Below, piece by piece: positions 1-9,800 of a stretch of DNA of 22,248 nucleotides. The notes under the pieces were generated by a model. The model was not told the origin of the DNA. It was given only the letters and a program-made list of their open reading frames with translations, and did not search any database. Numbering within the stretch: position 1 is the stretch's first letter; the number at the start of each line of letters is the position of its first letter. The stretch comes from Rhizaria sp. SCN 62-66 (lineage: Eukaryota). The stretch is from contig MEDY01000197.1 in assembly GCA_001724265.1 (NCBI GenBank), positions 62,001 through 84,248 on the forward strand, written 5' to 3'. A program made the translations under genes and the position numbers.

Positions 1-960
1 GACAACGACGATAACAGCGCTGCTGTCACTGCTGCTCACGGTTCCTCCGAGCGCTATGACCCTGTTCACGACGACGATGATGACGAGGATGAGGATGAGG
101 ACGAGGATGATGATGACAGTGACACCGACAGCGAGAGTGACGACGAGGCGCGGTTCGCCGCCGCCCGCGCGCTCGCCGCCACCGACCCCGCCGCTGCTCT
201 CTCACAGGCGCAGTCCGAGTACACCGCCCTCCGCACCGCGTTCGCGCGCCAGCAGGCCGCGCTGGGGGACCAGGTGGCCGCGCAGGAGCGACTGCGGGAG
301 GAGCTGGCGCGGCAGCAGCAGTTGCACAGGGAGGAGCTGGCGTTGCAGCAGCAGCAGTTGCAGCAGGTGTTGGCGCAGCAACAGGCGCAGATGCAGGCGC
401 AGTTGCAGCAGCAAGTGCAGCAAATGCAACAGCAGATGCAACAGCAGATGCAGCACGTGCTTCAGCAGCATCAACAACAGCAGCAGTTTCAGCAGCAGAA
501 CGTTTCCGCCGAGCAACTCGCACACCACCACCAGCAGCAACAAGAACAGCAACAACAACAGCAACAACAGCACATTGCACACGAACAGCAACCCATCGCT
601 CAACAGCAGCAACAACAACAACAGCAGGCTCAGGCCCACGCTCAGCAACAGCAACAGCAACAGCAGCAGCAGCAGGCGCCGCCCTCGGCCTCATCGTCTT
701 CGGCGCCTTCGAGCCTGCCTGCAGTCGACGCCCCCTCGTATCAGCGCCGCTCCCGCGCATTCCACCTCACGCGTCTGCTACTGAAGACTGTGGCGCAGAT
801 GGCAGAGGCTGGGGAAGTCTCGCTCCCTCAGAAAGGCGTGCTGAAAGACCTGGTGGTCGATCAGGACCGTGCGCTGCTCGGGGTCGCGGAACAGTATGAC
901 CGGGATAACGATCTGGGGACGTTTAAGGATGCGCTCGTGCGCGCCGCCATGCGCAAGTGA
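1..960 (+). CDS. 5'-truncated gene: Asp/Glu tract, Gln-rich coiled coil and ~70-aa helical C-terminal domain; function unknown
   Basis: Frame +1 is open from base 1 (DNDDNSAAVTAAHGSSERYDPVHDDDDDEDE...) through the 274..960 track ORF to TGA at 958-960. Codon usage is GC3-rich and GC drops sharply after the stop. The C-terminus YQRRSRAFHLTRLLLKTVAQMAEAGEVSLPQKGVLKDLVVDQDRALLGVAEQYDRDNDLGTFKDALVRAAMRK looks globular. Confidence 0.88.
   Translation, partial: DNDDNSAAVTAAHGSSERYDPVHDDDDDEDEDEDEDDDDSDTDSESDDEARFAAARALAATDPAAALSQAQSEYTALRTAFARQQAALGDQVAAQERLREELARQQQLHREELALQQQQLQQVLAQQQAQMQAQLQQQVQQMQQQMQQQMQHVLQQHQQQQQFQQQNVSAEQLAHHHQQQQEQQQQQQQQHIAHEQQPIAQQQQQQQQQAQAHAQQQQQQQQQQQAPPSASSSSAPSSLPAVDAPSYQRRSRAFHLTRLLLKTVAQMAEAGEVSLPQKGVLKDLVVDQDRALLGVAEQYDRDNDLGTFKDALVRAAMRK
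70..147 (+). repeat. GAY/GAG-rich tract encoding an acidic poly-D/E stretch
   Basis: gac gac gat gat gac gag gat gag gat gag gac gag gat gat gat gac agt gac acc gac agc gag agt gac gac gag. Confidence 0.85.
313..675 (+). repeat. Interrupted CAG/CAA poly-glutamine region
   Basis: Mixed CAG/CAA runs in frame +1 encoding QQQQ tracts interrupted by M, H, A, E and V. Confidence 0.9.
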
Positions 961-3315
961 GTCCAAACAATGCACTCACTTACAACCGAGTGCTTAGTGC
1001 CTCCAAGGCTCTATTATGCGCATGATTGACTGTGAATGCGTTGTGACGCACGAGCAAGAAGCAACGACGATGTTACAGAGTCACAATAGCACAAGTTACA
1101 GCATGAGTGAGCTCTTGAGTGATTTTCCCACTCACTGCCTCTTCAGTAAGATGCTATGAAACTTTTTTTATTGTGGATCTATAAGTAACGTTGTTTTTGA
1201 AACCATCCACATTATAGACGAAAAGTAATATTTGTGGCTATGAGTTGCTTGCGTCGTCTTGTCGTGTTTACGTCGCTGTTGTGCATCGCTGCTGTCACAG
1301 TCACAGTCGCTATGGTCGTCGTCCTTTTGACGGCCAACTATTTCTGTTTGTTTGTTGTATTCTAAGTGCTGCTGTCGTCGCATTTGTCTTGATTTCTCTT
1401 TTCAACTGCCTCAATGCGATTTGTTCCAGTGATTCAATCAGCTTTATTAATCTGCATATCATTGTTGCTGCTGTTCTCTCACCTCTCCTTCTGTGCCACC
1501 TATTCAAATAGCGGACACTAACTTTATTTTTCTTGTTAAAGTCTTTGTTTGTCATCATCTTTTGTGATTCACCCATCCATCCCACTTTTGCACTGCTTTT
1601 TTCTTTTGATCTTTTTTTTTTTCTCACTCGTCCGGTTTCCTCGACCATCATCATCATCAAAGCTCCACAGTTCTTCAACTTTGGTTCCTCGTTTCAGTTT
1701 CCTCTGCTGTTGCTTTGATCTAGGGCTCGGGTCGTCGCTGTTTCAGCCGGACCCTTTCTCATTATTTCTTTCTCTCTTTCACTCTACGAGTACGCATCAG
1801 CTCCTCTTGTCTTATAAATTCGCCCACTCGCTCTACATGTGTGTGACGTGACTTTGTTTGACTTGGCTTTGGCTCTGTTTGCTTGTTTGATATCTTGTAT
1901 TTCAACGCAACGCGGCGCAGCGCACAACTCACTTTGTCAACACTCACCACAGTTGCGACGTTTTGTGCGATTCAAATCACATGTCTTTCGTTTTTCGTCG
2001 GCCCTCTTTTTCATTTTTCCCCTACTCTTTCTCTCGTCTTTTGTCACCCTCTATTTTGTATGGTAATTGGTTCCAAACTAATCACTGCTGTCATGCTTCT
2101 CAATTGGCTGGCTCTCGTTGCAGCTCTCCGAAGCACGCCTCTCAGTAACATACCTCATTTGCGGGATTTCATATGCGGTGATTTTGTCTGTATTCGCTAC
2201 TATTAGTGTTATAACCCTCCCAATTCTTTCTTGCGTCGCTATATGTCTTCCATCGTCTTTCATCAAGTCACACTGAGCTCGATTTAAGTCACGACTCTTA
2301 CAAACCAAACTGTTGCGTTTTCGTGTGCTGCGTTGGCGGTCTAACTTTAGCTTCAGCCAACAAGCCGTGCATACCACACATTGCACGATGCTCTACGATT
2401 GACTGGGGCGCGTGTGTTTGATGTCGCGGTCATTGTCTAGGCGATTGGCGTGCGACTGATCCGAGGCTTTTGAGTCACAATTTAGCAATCGCATAGATGC
2501 GCTCGTGGCGAGATCTAACATTGGTGTGGAGATTTTTTTCAATTTCAAATAAGTAAACGAGATAATTAATCAAGGATTGCATAAATATCCACTGTTCTCA
2601 ACTTGAATGATTTTGACCGCATCGTATATCGGCGTTGATACCTGAATTTTGTCGCCCGTGAACGCTGCAGCTTGTGACTAAAGCGTGCGCACGGTCAGAC
2701 TTGAGGCGAGGTCTGAGTTCGACCGATAGATCAGCCTAGAGAACCGCGTGTGGCCGTACAATTGAAATATGCGAAGGGATACAACAACTTTGCTCTGATC
2801 ATCACTCTACAGTTGTCATAGGCGTTGATTCATGGCGTGGTATCTGGCCCTAAGTCACGTCTCATACCTGACCAACACCCTGCCCTCCTAGAGACGGTAC
2901 AATTGAATTCATACGGCACAATGAGTTTGTTGAGTAATATTATTAAGCTCATTGTTGTGTCAGTTTATTTAGAATCCCATACCATGCCTGCAGAACTATC
3001 TCACGTTTCCTTCTCTGTGTAACTATCTACTTTTGCGGCCCTGGTCAGTGTTCAGTAGCTTCACTAATTCGACTAATTTCACGCCGCTAGCGGTCTCCCT
3101 TGGCAGTGTAGAGCGGACACAAGCTCGCTAATTCGGTGGCAAGGGATCGAGCGGACCACATTTGCTTCTTGGTGTTGTACACCACCCCGTAATCCCGCCG
3201 CCAGGCCTCTCTGCGCCTCGCCGTTGCTTCGATCCTTGCCAATCCTCGGACCTCGTCGCCAGTCACTTCCGACCCGTTCCCGTCCCCGTCCTGCCCGCTC
3301 TGGGGCTGATCCCGC

Positions 3316-3325
3316 GCCGCCATGA
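3316..3325 (+). promoter_or_regulatory. Kozak-like translation start context
   Basis: gccgccATGa at the ORF start, with an in-frame TGA just upstream (3307-3309). The PTEN alignment begins at this Met. Confidence 0.65.
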
Positions 3326-3870
3326 ACTTCGTTCGCCGCAAGATCTCTCAGAACAAGCACCGCCACGTGAGCGGCCGCTTCGACCTGGACCTGACCTACA
3401 TCACCCCACGCATCATCGCCATGGGATACCCCGCCGTCGGCTTCGAGTCCGTCTACCGCAACGTCCGCCAAGACGTCGTTAATTTCCTCGACGAGACGCA
3501 CGGGGCATATTACCGCGTCTTCAACGTTTGCGCTGAGCCCGATTATATCTACGACCGCTCAGTCTTCCACGGCCGGCTGTCGTCCTACCCGTTTCCCGAC
3601 CATAACCCTGCTTCTCTGCTCACAGTTGCCGACTTCTGCGCCGACGCCGCCACCTGGCTGCTCGCCGACCCGCGCAACGTGGTCGCCGTCCACTGCAAGG
3701 CCGGCCGCGGCCGCACGGGCTTCATCATCGCCTGTCTGCTTCTCTACCTCGGCACAACCCCGTCTGCGCGTACTGCGGTTGATCTCTTTTCGCAACGCCG
3801 CACGCGTGACGGCGCCGCGGTACACCAGCCGTCGCAGCTGCGGTACGTCGCCGCCGTTGCGCTGCTCTGC
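3322..3870 (+). other. PTEN: PTEN-type phosphatase domain (aa ~1-183)
   Basis: SQNKHRH..FDLDLTYITPRIIAMGYP..ESVYRN..FNVCAE..YPFPDHNP..HCKAGRGRTG (3691-3720)..RTRDG..PSQLRYV. This is colinear with the PTEN motifs FDLDLTYI, IIAMGFP, YPFEDHNPP, HCKAGKGRTG and PSQRRYV. Confidence 0.96.
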
Positions 3871-6800
3871 CGCGTGTCACACCACATGGCCGCCGTGCAG
3901 ACCGTGCGCGAAGAAGTCGCCACCGCCGCCGCCGCCGCCGCCGCCGCCGCAGCCGCCGCATCAACTGCGAGTCGCACTCACACACTACCGCACTCAAACT
4001 CCAACTTGCACTCGCACGGCGGCGGGATGTCCCCTGCTGGCCCGCTCACCCCGCGCACGCCTCATACACCGCACACACCAACCCCCGGCAGCGCCCTCGC
4101 TGCCGCTGCTGCTACTGCGCCAGGGGCAACGACACCGCATTTGCAGTCTCAATCGCAGACGCCTGCGCAGACCCCCGGTCGCAGCTACGGCCCCGCCGTG
4201 CCGCCCCCTCAGAGCTTCTCCTCGCCCTTCGCGCCCGCCGGTTTTGCGCCGGCCTCGTCATCGTCGTCTTACATCCCCGCCGCGACCGTGTCTAGTAATA
4301 GCAACGCTGTCGCCGCGGCGGTGGTCGGCTCAGCCGCCGCCAACGCCGTTGCGCTGCCGCCGTGGTCGCCGCTGATGCCCGCGTTCTTGCCCCCGCCCGT
4401 TGGTCCCGCCGCCGGCGCACTGGCCCCTCAGCTCACTGGCGAGCCCCCCACGCCCTTCTCAGCCTCAGCCTCAGCGTCTTCGACAAACGGAGGATCAGCG
4501 TTTGGGTCACCAGCGAGTGTGGCGAGCTACGGCGCTCAGCAGCAGCACCCGCCGACGCCCGGCACGCCGGCGCTGTCTCACGCGCACGCCTTCGGGGGCC
4601 GCGGGCCACGTCCCGCGCACGCGTCGCCGCCGCCGCACTCGCACCTACATTCGCAGTACGGCCCGTCTCCGGGCCTTGCGCAAACGCCATCAGCAGCGCC
4701 ACGCGCGTCGGTGTTCATGTCGCCGTACACGCCGCAGCACCTCGCACACGCGCGGCCGTCCGCCGTGTGGGCTGCGCCGTGGTCCCCGTCGCCGTCCGTC
4801 TCGCTCAACAACGCCGGGCCCTTCGGCAACCACCACCACCACAACAACAACAACAACGTTGCTGGCGACAGCGCTAACAATACTCCGGCTGTGTCGACCC
4901 TTGGCGCACTGCCTTCCACCGCCGCACTCGCGGCCTCTGCTGCAGCGTCCGCGGCGGCCGAGGCGGCTGCGCTGGCCGCCGACCCCATCGCAGGCGCGAT
5001 CGAGCGCGCGGCGCGTCTTCTTGACCCGCGCGCGCTTGCGCTGCACGGCGGTCTTGCGCTACCAGTCGGCCGCCGCGCGCGCGGGCTAGGCTCTCTCTCC
5101 TCCTCGTCCTCTTCTGCTGCTGCTACGGCGGCGGCACTGGGCGCGGCTGGCGACGACGGCGGCGCGTGGTCGGACTCGAGCAGCAGCGCCAGCGGCGGCA
5201 GCGGCTGCGACGATGATGACCGCGTCGCCGGCGCCACCGGCGGCAGCGGCTGCGACGACGACGACGAAAGCGCGACAAACGAGTCCGGCACCGAGACCGA
5301 CGCGGAGTCACACTCTCGCTCGCAGTCGCAGTCTCAGCACCCTGGCGCCGCACAGGATGAGCACAAGGGCTCCAGCGGCGGCCGTTCTGGCCTGCGCCGC
5401 AACCGCCGCGACCGCGTTGCCGCTTCGCGCCACCATGATGACGGTGCATCGCGCAACGCGCGGTCGGTCCACCCCGACGGCGGCGCTGACAGTGAAGCCA
5501 GCGACTGCGGCAGCGACTGCGTGCACGAATGCGACCTCGACGACGCTCAGGCCTCCGAGTTCGAACTCGCCTCTGGAGCCGCGCGCGCCACCCCCGCCGC
5601 CGCCGCTGTGGCTTTGACGGCGGCACTGTGCGACGACCCCGCGTGTCCGTCAGCCGCGCTTCCGCACACGCATGTCGTGCGCCCGATGAAACCGCAACGC
5701 CGTCGCCGCGCCGGCAGCAGCGCGACTGTGAGCAGCCGCAAACTTGTGGCAATGCCGTCGACGCTGTCGTCGCTGCTCCCGCGCGCGCGCACGTCGTTCG
5801 AATCGCTGCTGCATCCCCACCTCAACCACGGCCGCCGTAGTGGCCCTGCTGCCGCGGCCTCTGCCTCCGCCGCTGCCTATGCCTCTGCGCGCGCATTGCA
5901 GGCGGCGTCGGCGGTCTCCGGCGCTGCGTCGAGCGGCGAGGCGCTGCTGACGCGTGTGTACATTCGCACCGCCTCGGCCGGCCCTCTTGCGCTGCCTCCC
6001 GGTTGCTTAGACTTACTCCCCGCCGCCGCGCTGGCCGCCGCGCCCACGCCGGGCCCCGCGCCGGCGCCGCCGACCGTGCTCGCCGCCCGCGCGCAGGCGC
6101 TGCTGGCCCCCGCGCAGTCGCGGCTCACTTCGCTGCTGTCGCGCGCGCTGGGCCGCAACCGCGTGCGCGTGGTCCGGTTTGAGCTCTACCAGGGCGCGGA
6201 CCTTTTAGCGTCTGCGACAGTGATCCCTACGCTGGAACTCTTGCCGTCGCTTGCGCAGTCTGCGGGGGCCGCCAAAGACGCCGACGCCGCCGCGGCCGTC
6301 GCGGCCGCGCAGGACGAAACCGCGGACTTCTCTGCAGGTTCCCCCGCGAACGGCGGGAACAACGTGAACCTCAACACCTCTTCAAGCGCCGCCGGCAACG
6401 TGCCTGTGATGCCCACGCCTTCCCCGGACACCCCCGCCGTCGCGAACGCGTCCGGCGCGACCACGCCGACGACCGGGTCCGCCTCCCCGGCCGCGGCCGA
6501 AGTGCCCGTGCCGTACGCGCTCTCGTACATCTGGCGCGTGCCGCCGCGCCACGCACTGCGCTCCCCAGCGCCCGCGCTGATTGCAGTGCCCTCGAAGGTC
6601 GTTGCACGCGCGGTCGCCCGCCACGCCGCCGCCGCCGCCGCCACAGTCGCCGCCACGGCCGCCGCCGCGCCGGATCCGGGGCTGGGGCCGGTGCCGGTGA
6701 GCGCGGGCGCCAGCGTCGCGGGCTCGGGCGCCTCCGACGTCGGCGGCCCATCTGCCGCCGCGTTCACGGGCTCCGGCGCCGGCGTTGGTGCTACCGCTGG

Positions 6801-9800
6801 CCAGAGCGCTGAGGAGACGTGTTTGGTGCCGCTGATGGTGCCGGGGCCGTACGTCGGCGGTCTGCTGCTGCGCGGTGACGTGCGGCTCATCATCGCCGAC
6901 GCCGGCGCCGTGCCCGTCGCCGCGGTCGCCGCGGCGTCGCTCGTGCGGTCGCTCGAGACTGCGCGCGAGCGCCGCCGAGCCACTGTCGCTGCCGCGGCTG
7001 CTGCGAGCACCAACGAGATGGCCGCCGCTCGCGCTGCCGCTGACGCCGACGTCGCTGCTGACGCCGCGGCAGATGTGGCGACGCCCGGGATCGTGCGCGA
7101 CATCGACAGTATCAGCGAAGTTAGAGGCGGCACGTCGCAGTCAGTTTTCGCGAACCCACGCAGCATCGCTGACTCGCAGCCGTCGCGCACGTCGTCGCGC
7201 CCGTCGTCCGCCACGCTTTCCGCGGCCGCGACGAACCCGACGAGCTGTCCGCACAGCGACCGCGCGCTGGCGCTGCTGACCGCACTGTGCACCGCGGCCG
7301 CGACGGCGCTGGCGCCGCACGTGGCGAGCGCGCGCGACGCCGCAGCAGAGGCCGCCTCGGGCGCGGCCGCGGGCGGCGGCGCGGCAACTCTGGGGCGACT
7401 TGCGTTTCACTCGCTGCTGCTGCCGGGTCCGCTGCTCGAAGTGCGCGCGCCCGACGTCGACGTCGCCGGCGAAGCCCTTGATCAAGTCCTCCGCGGACTC
7501 GGCGGCATCGGAGGCTCCGCAGCCGCCGCGGCCGCTGCCTCTGCCTCTGCCGCAGCGTCGTCTGCCGCGACTGTCGGCGCGGGCGACGCTGACACTGAGC
7601 TCGTGTCGTCGGCCTCCGTGGCCGCCGCGGCCGCTGCGGCGTCTATGTCCGGCAGTTTCAGCGCGAGCGGCACCGCCAACGACTCGCCGCTGCCCGCGCC
7701 CGGTGGCCGCAAACCGCTGCCAGCGCTCAACGTCGCCGCCACACCGCGCATGGGCGCGCGCAAGTCGGAGATCCTGTCGTCGACCGCAACACCCGGCATC
7801 GCGGCCGCGAACGCCGCCGCCACCAGTGCCGTTGCGGCTGCGGGCACGAGCGCGTTCGGCTCGCTGCCGCTGTTCCATCAACAGCAGCTGCTGCTGACTC
7901 AGCAGTCCGGGCCGCAACACCGCAGCGGCTCTGCGGCGCAGACGACGGCGGAGGCCGCTGTGACGCACAAGGCCGCGACACGCCGCGCGCGCGCTGTGCG
8001 CGCAAGTGACTTGCTGTTTGGCGAACACACGGTGCTCGGTCTGTCCTTCGTGGTCCCCAAGCCCGCTTTTGTCTTCGCTGGCAATGGATCAGCTGACGGT
8101 GCCGCTTCACTGTGCCCGCTGCCTGCGCCGACCCCAGCGGACGCTGTCGAGGCCGCGGCACTGCGCTGGGCGACACTGCAGCACCGCCGCGCCCGTCGCC
8201 AGCGCGCCCGCGCCGCTAAGTCCTCCACTCACAGTTCCACGACCGCCACCGCCGCTGCTGCTGCAGCTGCTGCGGCCGCCGCGCAGGCCGCGTCGATGCC
8301 CCCGCTGAGTGCGTTATACAGCGCCGCACCGGGACTCTCCGTGGGCTCCGCGAGCGAGGCTGTGCTTTATGACGCGCTGATCGACGCTTTATACCCCAGT
8401 TGCCCTTTCCGCTTCCGCTCGCGCACAACAACTCCGCACCCCACCGCGCACCCGACCGGGCTCGACTCGGCCGCGATTGCTGCGCTATACGCGCGCGCCG
8501 GCAACGCGGGCGCCGCGGCGCGCACGCAAGCGCTGCAGCTGTTGCCCGCGCCACCGCCGCGCGCCGCGCTCGCACTCAGCCGCTCCATTGACGCTCTCAT
8601 CCGTGCCGCCACCGCGCCCAACGCCGACCGCGCGACCGCGGCGGCCGCTGACCGTGCGCTGCGCGGGTTCGCGGCGTCGGGCGCGCTGGCCCGCGCGTTC
8701 CAGGCGCGCGCCGTGGCTTCACTGTGGCGCTCGGTCACCGGTGTGTACGCGCCAGAGGTCCACGCGCTATGGGCGCTGTCCGCGGGCGTCGCCGCGCCGG
8801 GCCGGCCGCTGCTCGCGCTGCTGGCGGCGGCGCGCGGGCTCACTCTCATGCGCGCGCAACCCGCGGCGGCGACGGGTGCGCCCTCAGTCGTCTGGCTCGG
8901 TACGTCTGGTCGCGAGGGCGGCGTCGTCGCTGGCGCGGGCGCGCTGTCTTCCCGCGCAGCCACGGCCGTCGAGGACGCTGCCGGCGCTATTGCGCGCGCG
9001 TTCGCGTCGGAGCTTGCGCTCTTAGCGCCCTCGGCTCCCGCGCCCGGCTGGCGTGCGGCCTCGGCGGCGTCTGCGGCGGCGAAGGAGCTGCTGCAGTTGC
9101 GCGAGGCGCTTGACCGGCACTTGCTCTCACTGTCACAGCGCCTCACTGCGGTTGCCGCGGCGGGCGGCGTGATGGATGTGAGCCCGCCCACGATCACCGG
9201 CTCCGTGCTCGGCTACGTCGGTAGTCCCAGCGCCAACGAAGCCGCGCGTCTGCGGCTCACACAGCGGCCACAGGGAGCACTGGCCACGGGCGCGTTAGGC
9301 CACGGACTCATCGGCTCTGGCCCATTGTCGCGGCCTTCATCGGCGGCGTTGCGTGAACTCTCGCTCTCGCCCGCGGAGTCCGTCGACAACGACAATGACG
9401 CTAACGACGAAGTTGCGAACGAAGCGGGCACCCACAGTCGCAGTGCTACAGTTGCGAACAACCAGACTGTGCACATGCTCTCTGTGCCCGACCTCGTGCC
9501 GCGTGGCCGTGCCGACAGCCTGCACAGCGATAGACAAGCCCGCCCCACGTCCGCGCTGTCTTCGGTCACCACGGCTTCCACGGGCGCCGTGCGTGACTTG
9601 CTGATCCAGGCCGCCACCGCCGATTCGGTGGTCTCCAGCTCTGCGATCTCCTTCGGCCGTCGCGCACCGCCGCCGCGCTCGCTCACGCAGTCTGGCTCTT
9701 CGGTGCACTCACCGCGGCAGACGGACAGCGCGCAGCAGCGCTCTGCGTCCACATCGCCAGAGTGCCCCGAAAACAACACGAACAACAGCAGCGGCAAGCA

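Noticed and set aside
26-784. Overlapping ORFs 26..760(-), 56..784(+) and 202..660(-) with poly-A/V, poly-S/N and poly-L
   Set aside because: These are alternative-frame shadows of the CAG/CAA and GAY repeats; only frame +1 leads into a globular C-terminus.
2690-2730. tRNA gene suggested by gagttcga
   Set aside because: No cloverleaf, acceptor stem or A-box, and the B-box match is incomplete.
1168-3022. Short ORFs in the first spacer (e.g. 1310..1678 -, 1883..2206 +)
   Set aside because: AT-rich, lacking the GC3 bias of the real genes; the F/L/S- or K-rich translations reflect nucleotide skew.
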